A stretch of DNA of 63,277 nucleotides, counting the filler, from Folioceros fuciformis (taxonomy: Eukaryota): assembly GCA_049999805.1 (NCBI GenBank). It is 10 parts of 10 records of this genome, joined end to end, with 100 filler letters (N's around TTAATTAATTAA, not from the genome) between each part and the next. Parts side by side here need not be neighbours in the genome. Positions count along the whole stretch, not along the records: positions 32,133 to 39,219 come from JBNGIO010000970.1; positions 39,320 to 53,433 come from JBNGIO010000971.1; 8 more parts are not named here. One strand, given 5' to 3'. The position numbers and the translations under genes are program-made. Position 1 is the first letter of the stretch. Every line of letters starts with the position of its first letter. The notes below the pieces were generated by a model, which was not told the DNA's origin, ran no database searches, and saw only the letters and a list, made by a program, of their open reading frames with translations. Positions 36,759 through 49,436 of the stretch are shown here, in pieces.

Positions 36759-37191
36759 CCCCCTAACAACTGGACTCGAGAATGAAAGTGTGAGTCTGTT
36801 AAGTAAACTTACAGCTTCAAGCTCAATAACCTAACCTCAACCTTTGCTGTTCCTTCGTGGAACGTGGGAATTCCCATCAATATGGAAGAAAAACACATCT
36901 TTTTATTGGACTTAAAAAAACAGATTTTTATTTAAGATTAGGGTGCCACAACACTTTCGGTGAGGGGAAGAAGATGGGTACACCATGGTTACAATTTTGG
37001 AAGTATCTTAGAAAAGTCAAAGGAGAGAAGGAAGATGGGTACACTATGGTTACAAGTTTCGAAGTGTCATATCTCATTAGAAAAGTTAAAGGAGAGAACA
37101 ACATCACATGTTGGAGATACATCTTCGTTTACACCAATAGTAGGATGGTGTACAAGAGAACATTGGGTGCAAGAAAGAGAACATCCAAGTA

Positions 37192-37600
37192 CAAGAGGTA
37201 CGACTTCTTCAACATCGAAAGCACAAGAACTTGAGGAGTGCATGAGATATATAATAGGACGCCATCAAAGTGCAAGAGGTACAACTTCTTCAACATGGAA
37301 AGCAAAAGAACAAAGAAGTGCATGAGATATGTAGAAGGACGCCATCAAAGTGCAAGAGGTATGACTTCTTCAACATCAAAAGCAAAAGAACAGAGAAGTG
37401 CAAGAGATATATTGAAGGACGCCATCAAAGTGTAAGAGGTACGACTTCTTCAACATCAAAAGCAAAAGAACAAAGGAGTGCAGGAGATATATAGAAGGAC
37501 ACCATCAAAGTCCAAGAGGTACGACTTCTTCAACATTGAAAGCAGAAGAACAGGGGAGTGTAGGAGATATATAGTAGGACGCTAAGGCTGTACCAGAGAA
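37192..37600. repeat. Tandem repeat, ~80-bp unit, 5 copies (starts 37192, 37273, 37353, 37433, 37513), decaying further to about 37810
   Basis: Unit caagaggtacgacttcttcaacatc-aaagcaaaagaac...gagtgca-gagatat...aggacgccatcaaagtg. Confidence 0.9.
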
Positions 37601-40059
37601 CATGAAAGTGCAGGAGATATAGTAGGCGGCTGAGGCTGTACAAGAGATCATGAAAGTGCAGGAGATACGGCCTCTTCAACATGCAGGATAATAGGATAGT
37701 GTACAAGAGAACATAAGACTGCATGAAGTACGAATTCTTCAACAACGATTGAAGAATAGCGTACATGAGAACATCCACTGCAGCATATATGGCTTCTTCA
37801 AGACGAATGTAAGGGTAGTACACTGGGCGGGCCTTTCACATCATAGACCACAATTTAAAGTTATACGGGCATTCCATGGGCGGGACGATTGGTAGTTTTA
37901 CAGTGCTCATTGTAGTGGTAGATAGATTCGTGGGTCGTTTTCTCGTCTTTTCAAGGTAGATAGATGTCCCATGCTCAGTCTTCCAAAAGTCTCCTTGTTA
38001 CATATCTCCAATGTTTCATTGGTACTATGCCATTAAGCATCCCTACAAGGAGGAGGTGCTCTACATTCAGTGTTGCGTTAAGGACTACTACGGCGCTATC
38101 TCTATTACGCATCCTCGAATCAATCCTTTCTAGGATTGGGTGCTATGGATTTCGTAGCAGGACTAGGACTAGGTGCTCTACTCTGCATCTTTGTCGTAAA
38201 AGGGTGGTACAAAGGTCTATCCTTGCTATAAGAATTACAGCGGCATGTCAGAGGTTGTCCTTGCCATAAAAATTGCTACAGGGCCGTCCCTCCCCGTCCC
38301 TGCCATGAAGAATGCTATGGAGCTGCCTGTTGCACATTGTCTTGAAAGACTACCTGGAATAGAGAGAAACACAACATCTCAATGAAGAACATTATGTGGA
38401 ATACAAGACAGCTTGTTAGCACACATCTCAAAACTCCCAAGGACTTGAAGAAGTTTGTGGTGGAAGGATGCGGAAAGGCATACAACCCACATCTGCTTAA
38501 GGATCCGAATCTCTTTTAAAATACTAAACTTTTAATTAAACAGGAAGAAAGTACATATAGAGGAAGCGAATCGGGACCTGAAGCCCCTTCAATTACGTAC
38601 TTACTGATTCCAGACTACGTGGGTAAGGAACGGGCAGAGAGAGATATGTAAGTATGTAATGTATTTGATACCGGATAAGTTGGACAGTGATTCGTAATAA
38701 AGTAAGGCGGCGGGAAAGTTAACGAGGTGACCGTACGGAGCTCTAGATCGTCGCAGCCGCGGCAAAACCCTAAAAGGAAAGGCAAAAACCCCGTTTACGG
38801 GAGCTTCATTCGCATGTCGTGCCTGCCTCTGGGCTCTAAAGCTTTACTGCCTTTGTCTCTCACCTTTGCCTGGTCTGGGCATGGCTTGACGTGAGGCACA
38901 TACTCACCTGACCTGTCCGCTTGTCCCGTGTCGCCACCGGCGGCTTCTGCCTTTCCCGCGCGTGTGCCTCTCTGCTGCTGGTGCTGCAGCTACGCCTGCT
39001 CACCCCACGGTAATTGCCTTCTTGCGGCCTCGGCATCCGAGCCCCGGAGATCGGCCAGGTTGACGGCGTCGGATCCCCGGAGCCTCTCCCCCTGCTCCTG
39101 CCCCTGCTCCCTGCCTGCGGGAGCTGGAGCGGCCGTCCTTGTCTTGGAGGCGGATGCTCGCAGGCTGGCGGCCAGGGTTTGTGCGGGATGGCTGGCCCCA
39201 GATCCGGCCTCTGTGGATGNNNNNNNNNNNNNNNNNNNNNNNNNNNNNNNNNNNNNNNNNNNNTTAATTAATTAANNNNNNNNNNNNNNNNNNNNNNNNN
39301 NNNNNNNNNNNNNNNNNNNTCATAAATGAGGAGGAACAACCTAAGAAGGGCAAAGGCCAAAATGGTCTAGCCCCCTCCAGTTTCATTCTGAAAACTATCT
39401 ATTGCTTTTGTGATGCAAAATGACCCTAGACCAACTTACAATTGCTGCCCACGAAGCAATCTAACCTATACATGCCATTGTTCTAAACATAGTATTTGCC
39501 AACACCTTTTGAAAAGAGATGGATACGCATTGCTCTTACTAACGCAACTGCTTCCTACTCCCGCCATCAAAATCCCATAGACCCCATTCTTCCTTGTGAA
39601 AGGCCGGCAACCTAAAAATAACCTCTCAGCCATGCGTCAATTGTATTATGTAATAATAACTTATGAAGAAAAAAATAACTCCATAGCAACAACTAAGATT
39701 AGGAATTTACAAATCCAAAGCAAAGTAACCTCAGTTTGAAATTCAAAATAAAATATTATGTAGGGAAGAGGTGATACCTCACTATATGCAAACCGTAAGT
39801 TTTGTTTATAGTTATGTGAAGCATGTTTCAAAGTGTTTTTTATAGTTATGTGAAGCATGTTTCAAAGTGTTCGACAACTTGACTGCTCTTTCATAGTCAC
39901 AACATTTGACTTTATCATTCTATCAAAGCACAACAGATCTGTAACAAATGTGTAAACATTCCATTTTCTAGCACAAGAAATGTAAATTGATTGATTTAAA
40001 AAGTTGATTAAAAAAGACATCCACACACATTGCCAGAGCTGAAGTAGTGTGTAGCTTGA

Positions 40060-40600
40060 AGTCATATCTTTGCTAGGATGACCTCTACCACTTCATATGA
40101 GAGCTGGAGCAATGTGTAACTTGAAGTCGTATCTTTGTTGTGATGGCTTCTACTACATCATTTGTTGTGAAGCGAGTGTCCACAAGTTGCATCTTTGATG
40201 TGATGGCTTCAACCATTTCATTTGTGGTGGAATGATGTCCATTTCATGGAATGGCTTCTACCACTTTCATTCGCAGTGGAGTGATGTCCATTCGATGGGA
40301 TGGCTTCGACCACTTTATTTGTGGTGGAACGATGTCCATGGAATGGCTTCTACCACTTTCATTTATAGTGGAGCAATGTCCATTTCATGGAATGGCTTCT
40401 GCCACTTTCATTTATAGTGGAGCGATGTCCATTCCATGGGATGGCTTTGTCCTTAGGATGGCTTCTACCACTTTATTTGTGTAGAATCGAGTGTCCTTAG
40501 GATGGCTTCTACCACTTCATTTGTGTTGAATCGAGTGTCCTTGGTATAGCTTCTACCACTTCTACTACTTCATTTGTGTTGAATCTAGTGTCCTTGCCCC
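40060..40600. repeat. Degenerate tandem repeat, ~40-50-bp unit
   Basis: Recurring atggcttctaccactttcattt-t-gtgga--gatgtcc units. Confidence 0.85.
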
Positions 40601-41474
40601 AGCTCTAGATGAACTAATTGGAAAGTGACCTTTCTAACCTTTACAAGGCCCTTCATGTGTCCAAGGACTTCAACAATCCACAGACAAGCTTGAAAATTTC
40701 TTTTCTATGCGTGCGCAATTCATGCAATTGGACTCCATATTCAAGCTCCAATAATTGGAGGGTGTAATTTTCGTATCGATGTGCTGAGCATTTCAAAGTA
40801 GTTCAGAAAGTATTGCTACCGGAATCTTGTGCTCATCGAACATATAAGATACAAGCGGTTCTAATACTAGCTATCATGCCGGTGGCCTGAAAAGCCGAGA
40901 CTGGACTGCGCATAGTTTACAGTACTCTTAAAATGGATACAACAATGGGCTGATAGACGCCTATGAATGGATGTCAGACCACCTAAGTGGGAGGAACATA
41001 TTGATCAGACGTACACTATACAGGTGAGACTTCATAAACTTTGTTGAGTCGACACAAAACAGCAGACATGAACGGAATCTCGCACCTCTGAGAAGGCTGA
41101 ATAAGTTACCCCTCACTGCTGCAGGCTGCAGAAGAACGGTTTGCGGTCAGTGAAAGCACCTCAAAAACAATTACCATGGGAGACCAAACCACCAAATCCT
41201 TGCCGCTTACCCAACGTCAAGGTTAACTCAGTAGCCGTTCAACTCCCTCACCTCCTGTACATCCGCATACGGTTACACACAGTATCTGATACTGGATAAC
41301 GATGTGGTTAGTTTGTACAATCTAGCTGGAAGTCGAAAATATAAGCTGCATCCGACACAGCCACTGGGAGATATATAAGTTCACCCATAAATGCTTCGGC
41401 TCGCCATATTCATACATAAATACACTCGACAAACATAATCCCTCATTGCTGTCTCCGGTTCCTGAAGATATGTA

Positions 41475-42875
41475 CTACCCAGCCTCTGCAGGACGTCCCA
41501 TAACGACAGTCAGCTCGGCAAAGTAAGGGCTTTCTCCTTGCTCTCGTTTCCCGTCTGTTACATCCTTGTACTCTGCCATGAGCTTGTCCCATTTCTCGCG
41601 GCACTGCTTCCCGTCTCGCTTGATTCCCTGGGATGCAAGAGATTCTGCCAGCTCATCCCAAAGAGCTGCTCTTCTGGTAGATTTTGCAAATCGGCTCTCC
41701 ATCTCCCCTCTAAGCTTTATAAGCTGCAGGACCTCTGTACGTTTCCAATTCTTTGATCGCTTTTTGGGTCCTTGAGGTCCTTCTGGGCTGCTCACAGCAG
41801 GGACACCAAGAGCAGTCCCAGCAGCAGGTCCAAGCGTTTCACCAACGAGCTTCTGTGTCAACAGGAGCATGGCGTTGTTGAAAATGCCTCTTTGCGTTCT
41901 CTCTTCTGCTCTCCACTTGTCTTCTTTCTCCTGACGCAAAAGGTCCTTCCTCTCTATAGTATCCAGTAGATCTTTAAAGAACCTCTGCTGGTGGGACATG
42001 ACCGACTCAAGTAATTGCTGCACAGCACCAACATCCGTTACAGCGATATATTTCATACCCTTCTTCTTTTTCTTTGCAGGGGCCCTGTCCTCGGTGTCAT
42101 CATCATCGTCATCCTTGGTGTCGTCCTTACTGGTGCCATTGTATTCTCCTTCCCTCTCCGTTTCCCTTGCCAAATCGTCTCGGACAGTCTCCTTCCCGAG
42201 GTCTTTCCCGACCCCATCCTTGTCTCTGGCATACGACTCCTTATCCTTGTCTCTTTCCCGCTTGATGGACTTCCCGGACAGAAGCGGGTGAAGTTCATCA
42301 TAGAAAGGATTGTCCTCCCGCTCTTTCATGCCATCTCGGACCTCCTTGTAGCCTGCGGTCAGCTTTTCCCACTTATCCCTGCACTGCTGGGCGTCTCTGG
42401 TGATCCTTTCCTTTTGCAACCCCTCTGCAATCTCATCCCAAAGCTCCGTCTTCCTCCCACTCTTGGCAAAGCGGGGCTCCAAGTCCGTCCGAAGTCGAAT
42501 CAGCTTCAGAGTTTCAGGGCGCGTCCAGTTCTTGGACCTCTTCTTGTGCTCCCTCTCCCGCTTCTCAACATCACCATCTGCTTCGGCCAGAGCCCCCGTG
42601 GTCCCGTTCTCTAAAAGCTTGACGTCTGGCGAAGGAGGACTCTGCCCGGGAACGATAAGAGACGTCGACATCAAAAAAGAGGCCTCTCCTGGACCACAGC
42701 CCAGAAGATTCACTTTAGACACGTCCTGAAAAGCTCTGTCAGGCGCCCTCACTGCTGCGTCAGGCTCCGTTCCTGGGGCGGCAGATGGGGTAGAGTGATA
42801 CTCTCCAGAATGCAACGGTTGACGAGGAGACACGGCAGCAGGCAAAGCGTCAATCCTGAGAAGAGAGCTGATCAT
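41475..42875 (-). CDS. Trihelix transcription factor with two GT/Myb-like DNA-binding domains (GT-2 type), intronless
   Basis: NWTRPETLKLIRLR...LWDEIAE...QCRDKWEKL, a central coiled-coil-like segment, then NWKRTEVLQLIKLR...LWDELAE...QCREKWDKL. Confidence 0.92.
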   Translation of the reverse strand: MISSLLRIDALPAAVSPRQPLHSGEYHSTPSAAPGTEPDAAVRAPDRAFQDVSKVNLLGCGPGEASFLMSTSLIVPGQSPPSPDVKLLENGTTGALAEADGDVEKREREHKKRSKNWTRPETLKLIRLRTDLEPRFAKSGRKTELWDEIAEGLQKERITRDAQQCRDKWEKLTAGYKEVRDGMKEREDNPFYDELHPLLSGKSIKRERDKDKESYARDKDGVGKDLGKETVRDDLARETEREGEYNGTSKDDTKDDDDDDTEDRAPAKKKKKGMKYIAVTDVGAVQQLLESVMSHQQRFFKDLLDTIERKDLLRQEKEDKWRAEERTQRGIFNNAMLLLTQKLVGETLGPAAGTALGVPAVSSPEGPQGPKKRSKNWKRTEVLQLIKLRGEMESRFAKSTRRAALWDELAESLASQGIKRDGKQCREKWDKLMAEYKDVTDGKREQGESPYFAELTVVMGRPAEAG

Positions 42876-43799
42876 ATTTCCTCCTCCAGCTCACAAAACC
42901 TGTGTAAACTGCCCTACCCTCCCCACCACCCCTCCCTGTCTTGATGTGCTTCAGAGACCTCCTCGGATCATAATCCCACATAGCCCTGAACAAGCCAAGC
43001 AACTGGAATAAAACCCCAGATCCAACCGTCGAGCCACATCTTGCAGACGCGAACCGAATCACACACAACCAACCTTGTTCCTCTGGTGAGAGCAATCTTC
43101 CAACAACATCTCCATCCCTCCTAAACCTACTCCCTCCCAACGCATCTGGCCTGCGTGCCCTAGGTCTCTACCACACTCCATTGCCACCAAGCCCGGTGCA
43201 GCATCTGGCCCCGCAGCATGCTCCTCATTCCCCCTCCCCCTGCACACACAAAAAAACGTTCCCACACGCCTCCATCAGCACACGGCTACCACCTAACCGA
43301 TCTCCACTCCACCCCGCACTCCGCACAGAACCACAGATCAGCACAGCACACTCCAATTCTCTCCACTCCCGCATCACAACACCTCCAAGAATTACGTCAT
43401 GAAGGCACAGCAACAAAAGCTTCAGCTCATTACCCTGTCCAGCATCCCGGGGCGCAGCTGCAGCCACTCCCACGCTCCAAACACAACCCGCTGTCGCAAT
43501 AGGGCAGGCAGGCTCGCACGCGTCACCAAACCTCCACCCTGGGCCCCGAGGCGGAATTGCCGCAACGCTGTAGTGCGCACAGTAGGGGGGAAGGGCAATT
43601 GCGGTCAGAGCAGCAGGCTCCCGCAATGCGCCGTGATCCGGAAGAGCAGGATGAGCAATCCCGTGCGCAATCCGCCGCCGCAGCGGGTGCAGGGTGCGGA
43701 CCTCGGGCCCGGCGCAATCGCAATCGGAAGCTTCCGGGCTCTCCCTCTCCTTCTCCCTGCGCTTCCCTTCTCTTCCCCTACTCCTCCTCCCGACAGCAG

Positions 43800-43860
43800 C
43801 AGGGCAGGCAAGGCAAGGTAAGGCAAGGCAAGGCAGGGCAGGGCAGGGCAGGGAAAGGCA
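43800..43860. repeat. (GGCAA/GGCAG)n pentanucleotide microsatellite upstream of the trihelix gene
   Basis: cagggcaggcaaggcaaggtaaggcaaggcaaggcagggcagggcagggcagg. Confidence 0.85.
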
Positions 43861-44657
43861 GAGCTGCCGCTTGGAGGCCCGCTCCAGCCGCTGTCCCGAC
43901 AGCAGCAGCACAGCTCGGGACTCTCGGACACGAATCTGGCCTGATCAACAGAGCGCGAGAGCAGGGGCAGCAGCAATCACCAGGAGCATCGCGCGTGGCA
44001 GCCTCTACCAATTTGGCAGAAATTTGAAAGGCTGTTGCAGGGATAGAGATGGCCCGAGGCAGAAGGAAGGAGGAGGCCACGGAAAGATATCTTTCCGCTC
44101 GGTTTCAAAGGTAGTCAACGCGAAACGGAACGGCCAACTCCATCACCATTCACGCCACACTAAACCACTACTCCTCACCTTTTCCCAATTCCAAAATACG
44201 CGTATCGCCCCCGTGGCGGGGCAAGTGGGCTCGGGAAGGGAAAGACGCCGTGAAAGAAGGCGACGCCAATCACGCCGCAGTACGGACTCGGGCAGAGACA
44301 GAAAGAGAAGGCAGGCAACCCCCCCTGTGTGAACGATAACAGATTTTTTTTACACCAAACCCCGGTTAGGCCCTGGGCGGGGCGGGGCGGGGCGGGTTCC
44401 GATCCGGCCGGCCCGGCCCGGCCATTAGTTAGGTGAGCACCTCGCCACATCTTTCCCTCAACTTTTGTCATTTCTGCAATTTCTCGCAGGGTTTTGCTTT
44501 AATTTCAAGTGACAGCAGCAGAATATTCAAAGGGCCTGCAGGGCCGAGCGACCGCCGCAGGTCAGGGGTGCGCGACAAGCAAGGAATAATGGCACGCACA
44601 GGGCGCGTCTCGGCCCGTTTCGGGCCGGGGGGCGCTGAGCCCCAGCCAGCACGAGCT

Positions 44658-47600
44658 TCAATGGCGGTCGCCGCAGGAGCAGAATCCGTCAACGAAATGG
44701 TGCACCCGGTGGGCATCCCGGACGATGATTTCTCGCTTCTCGATACGCGACATGGCTTTTGTCCCGCGGTGACAGTCGTCACACATGCGCAGATTCTTGG
44801 TGACCAGGAGAGTAGCGCCATCCGGGGTGTGGAGAAGGCCGTAGGCCAGGGCCAGCTTCTCCGCGTGTCCGCATAGAGCATCTTCCCGTGGGGGTGCAGA
44901 CCCGGATTCCACGTCTCCTTCCTGCATCTGGGCATTCACGCTCCGGAGCTTGGACGAGATGTGGTCCTTGTCGTCGCCCACCACGAACGTGTGGGTGCTG
45001 GAGTCGATCTCGATCCAGGCCTTGGCCGGCTTCTTGCAAGCGCCTGCGGCCACTCTGAGAGCTTCCACCTGCTCGGCTTCCTCCCTCATGCCCGCAGAAG
45101 AGTACATGCCCGCCAGGAGCACATACGCGACTGCGTTCTGCGGCTCCTGCTGGATCAGATGGTCGAAGCAGCGACTGGCTCGGGCGATGTCGTTGTGGGC
45201 TCTGCACGAACTGAGCAGAGACCGCCAGCCCACCACGTCGTTCTGATATGGCGACGCCCGGAGCAGCATGCTCTCCGCCTCCTCCAGGTGGCCGGCCCGC
45301 CCCAGCAGATCCACCATGCACGACAAGTGATGGGCGCCGGGCTCGATGCCGTGCTGCTCTGACATGGCGGTGAAATACTCCCGGCCTTGCTCTACCAGGC
45401 CGTCGTGGCAGCAGGCTGAGAGCAGGCAGATGAATGTGTTGCCGTCGGGCTTCACTCTCTGCTGCTGCATTTCGCGGAAGCACTGCACGGCCATGTGGCT
45501 GTCGTTGTGCTGGGCGTAGCCGTTGAGGAGGGCTGTCCATGACACCACGTCTCTCGTGGGGAGGAGGTCAAACAGCTTGTGGGCGTCGTCTAGCCTCCCG
45601 CACTTTGCATACATGTCCACCAGGCTGTTGCCCACAGCCACATCCGATTCCAGCCCCCGTTCCTGGATCTGCTTGTGGAGCTGCCTGCCCTGGTGCAACG
45701 CCCCGACAGCGGCACATGCTTTGAGAAGGCAGACGAACGTGACGTGGTTGGCTGGAGTGACGTCTTCCTGTTGCATGCTGGCGTACAGGCCCAGGGCTTC
45801 CTGCCCGAACCCGTGTTCGACGTAGCCCTGAACCATCGCGGTCCATGTTACCACGTCCTTTCTGGCGAGGCCGTCGAAGACCCTGCGTGCATCCTCCAGA
45901 CTGCCGCATTTTGCATACATGTCCACCAGACAGTTGCCCACAACCACATCGCTGTGCAGTCTCCTTTCCCGAATGTGGGAGTGCAGCTGCTTGCCCTCCC
46001 GTAAAGCCTTCGCACTAGCACACGCTTTCAGCAGGCACAGGAACGTGACTCGGTCTGCCAGTGTGGTGCCTTCCTCCTGCATTGCCCAGTACAGAGTGAG
46101 GGCTTCCTGGCTGAGGCCCTGCTGAGCATAGGCTCCGATCATTATGGTCCAGGACACCACGTTCTTCGTCTGCATACTGTCAAATACTTTGCGAGCATCC
46201 TCCAGGCTCCCACACCTTGCATACATGTCGATCAAGCTGCTACCAATGACCACATCGGTATCCAGTCCCCTTTCTTGAATCTCACGGTGGACAGCCTGGC
46301 CCTGGAGAAGAGCAGCCACACTGGCGCACGCTTTCACGAGGCACACGAATGTGACATGGTTAGCTGGCGTGATGCCCTCCTGTCGCATGCCTGCATAGAG
46401 AGTAAGAGCTTCTTGACCAAGCCCATGCTGGACATACGCTGAGAGCATAGTGGTCCAGGTCACCACATTCTTCGTCCCCAGACTGTCAAAGACTTTGCGT
46501 GCATCACTTAAGCTGCCGCACTTTGCATACATGTCCACCACACAGTTCCCGATGAATATGTCAGGCACACATGCGCTCTCCATAACATCCGCATGGACTC
46601 GCTTGCCGGATTCCAAGTCTGCTGCACAAGCACATGCTTTGAGAGCTGCCACAAAAATATAGCTGTTCGGCTTCACACCCGAGTCTTGCATGTGTTGATA
46701 AAGTTCCAGAGCCTTGGCAGGCTGTCCGCATTCGACATGTGCTGAGATGATGGAGAGCCAAATGAAGGCATCTGGAGAAGCCTGCTTGTGGAAGACCTGC
46801 AACGCTTCCTGCAAATTTCCCTCAGAAGCATACATGCGAATGATGTGATTGGCCAGGAATTTGCTCAACTCGCAGCCACATTTCCGAATGAGAACATGCA
46901 CACGCCTGCCGACAACCCCATCTTTCTGGGCCGTGCACTTCTTGAGGATTGGATAGAAGAGAGATACGGGGACATAATATCCCCTCTGCACCATGAGGTC
47001 CAAGGCTGTAAAAGTCTCACCAAGATGTCCCTCTTCACATAATCGGTACTGCCCTTCCAGCACCACACGCCCTTCATCATGTGCCCTGCAAAATCGGAAT
47101 ATCAGAACAAGATAGCAGAGTGCAGCACCCGAATGGTGCAAACCAAGATGGTCGACAGAAGCACGCACCTTCCAATCTCCTCTTGGACAGTATCACGGTG
47201 GAAACCGTGTTGGTAAGGTCCCCGAAATCCATCCACGCTCTCAACTGCTCGTGGCTTTCCATTACATTGTAAGTCAGACCACAAGGATTCTGTCCTTGAG
47301 CTGTGCCTGGATCCGGGGGATGCCTGCCGTGTTTTGAGATCAGTTTCGTCGCCAAAAACACACCATGGGGCATTCAAAGCAAACGTACAACCAGGGACCA
47401 GTCACCCACGCAAAGGATGACTACCTTGTTCTCCTTGTCGTTCCACAATTGCAATCGACCCGTCAAAAACTTGTCCAACAACGCCTCCCGCAGAGTTACC
47501 CCCACTGGAAGCCAACTATCACCATAAGAACCTCAAGCTTCATACCACTTACCCCCAATAGGAACGAACTGTTGAAGCCATGAAGGCGGTGCGGGAACTC

Positions 47601-47744
47601 ACCAGGTCTAGGTTCAGAATTTTGCAGACATGCAGGACCCAGCCAATGCTCACACTCGGAATGACGAGGAGCACTGAATTGCTCTCCCACCCTCGCAAAC
47701 TGCGAGCCCTTAACCCACAACCCTTCCCTTGTTCTTATGCTATC
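44658..47744 (-). CDS. PLS-class PPR protein with DYW:KP ('DRH'-ending) deaminase-like domain, candidate U-to-C organellar editing factor; main exon 47086-44658, upstream exons 47323-47169, 47504-47425, 47744-47603; start further upstream, not resolved
   Basis: C-terminus KKPAKAWIEID...LCGHAEKLALAYGLLHTPDGATLLVTKNLRMCDDCH...HHFVDGFCSCGDRH*. The upstream exons join with phase-consistent GT-AG introns. Confidence 0.92.
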
Positions 47745-48585
47745 CTGGTACACGTCCATTACTTAAAATCAGTGCACCACTCACCAACTTGCCATAACCA
47801 ACATGTGGCCAAGCATGAGCCACAACCAAGCGATCACCTGCAATGTTGAAGCACCAGCCAGAAACAATTCCTGACGCGCCCTTGAATCCACTGCAGGCCA
47901 GCTAAACATGAGAAATCTTAAGAGCGTGTCAGCTGCCAACCTTTCACGGTAATCCAAACAGCAGCAGCAGGCCTGCTTCTAAAAGCTCACCAAATCTCTG
48001 CCCCTCTCTCACAGGCCGCAGCGACGAAAGATGCTTGCTCCACGAACTCCGTTGGATGGAAATCGCCAGGTGCACTCCGACACTGCTCCTTCTCCTCATT
48101 TGCGCTGCTCCAGGGTCTTGCACCTGAGCGACCGCTGACCTAACAACGGCGCCGAAAATCTGCCGTCGTGGGCACAATCAAAGACACCTGCGGCTGCTGC
48201 AAAGCAACCCATCTGAGAACAGCCCAGATGCAAAATTCCGCTGGGGCTCCCGCTGCCAACCTGGAGATGGGCCGGACGAGGAACATGAACAAACCAGCGT
48301 CACAGGCATCTAACGGTGTCAAAGTAGGCCTGCTAAACCTCCGTGACAGAGCGGTAACCAGAATTACGGTCCGTTTTAGCTGGCAGCCACTCGTTCTCTT
48401 GTCACGACGAGTGGACCCTGGCAGGCAGGCGTTCCCGGTTCAAAGCAAGACCGGCGCGTCGGATCCGACCTTATCTGTGGCAACGATCTCCAAGGGCCTG
48501 GTTCCTGCAGCTGGTCGTGGCAGTGGGAAATTGTGGGAGGCTGGTTACGTGAGCCGAATTTCCCGTTGAGGTGGTGAGGACGGCT

Positions 48586-49436
48586 ATGGCATCGGCAGGG
48601 AGAAGGTTGGCAGTCTGTGGGACAAGGCTTTTGGAGCTGACAGCGGGGAGGGCAGCTGTGAGGCCTGTTCTCGAGCCAGTGGCGACCACGTCGGGGATTC
48701 GTGGCATGCAGGAGTGTAGGCTTGGCAGCTTGTCAAGGCCTTCGATTTCGCGGCTGACAGTGCTGCCTCTAGTGCAGCACATGTCTTGTTGTGCGGGAGT
48801 GGATGCACCTCGAGCTCCCGAGGTCAGTACGCAGCTTCGTGATGACGCTGAGGTTGAGGAGGATTGCCTCGGGTTGGTGGTTTCGTTTCTGTGAAAGTGA
48901 ATATTGTTTGCAGATCATTATAGAGTACGACGAGGCTGCTCGAGACAACAATGATTTCTTCATCCGGCTGGCGGATGATATAGGTTGACCATGCTCCTCC
49001 ATAGTCCGGTTGGTGCAAGAGTCGACCCAAATTGGGCTCTCACACACTGTCGTTTGTCGACTGCAGAAAATCGGTTTCCAGAACTGAGCGTGTTGGGCAA
49101 TCCAGATGAGTTGGAAGCAAGGTATGTGCGGGTGTGTTTGAGAAGGGTAGCGATGACCAAATCCAGTGCATGAGTGACGGGTGCAATTTTCATGTCAGGT
49201 CGGGAACCTTCGAGGTGTCAAGGGACGGGCAGTTGCTCTTCTCTATGCTCCAGGTTCGATGAGCTTCATGTGGTTCCGTTTCTCGTGGAACGGGCTTGTG
49301 GTGATGGTGCTGGTTGCTTGATGTTGTTTTTGGCCAGTCAAAACGGCTTCCCTCTGTGGAAGAGCTCATCGAGGCCATTGAGACCTCCCAACCTAGGTGT
49401 GAGATCACTCCGGTGTCTGCTGCCGCTTCAGGGTGA
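48586..49436 (+). CDS. SelW/SelT/SelH-like (Rdx, thioredoxin-like) small protein lacking CxxC, with transit-peptide-like N-terminus; 5 exons (48586-48822, 48914-48983, 49067-49121, 49199-49253, 49338-49436)
   Basis: Spliced translation ...APE|IIIEYDEAARDNNDFFIRLADDIE|NRFPELSVLGNPDELEAR|SGTFEVSRDGQLLFSMLQ|SKRLPSVEELIEAIE. The G.FEV...G.LLFS pattern is typical of Rdx proteins. All introns are GT-AG and in phase. The 3' end is tentative. Confidence 0.7.

Noticed and set aside
37192-37600. CRISPR-like regular repeats
   Set aside because: Whole units repeat with no unique spacers, the context is eukaryotic, and there are no cas genes.
43050-44480. Long overlapping GC-rich ORFs and a GGGCG/GGCCC inverted repeat upstream of the trihelix gene
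   Set aside because: Best explained as GC-rich promoter or UTR sequence and microsatellite with few stop codons.
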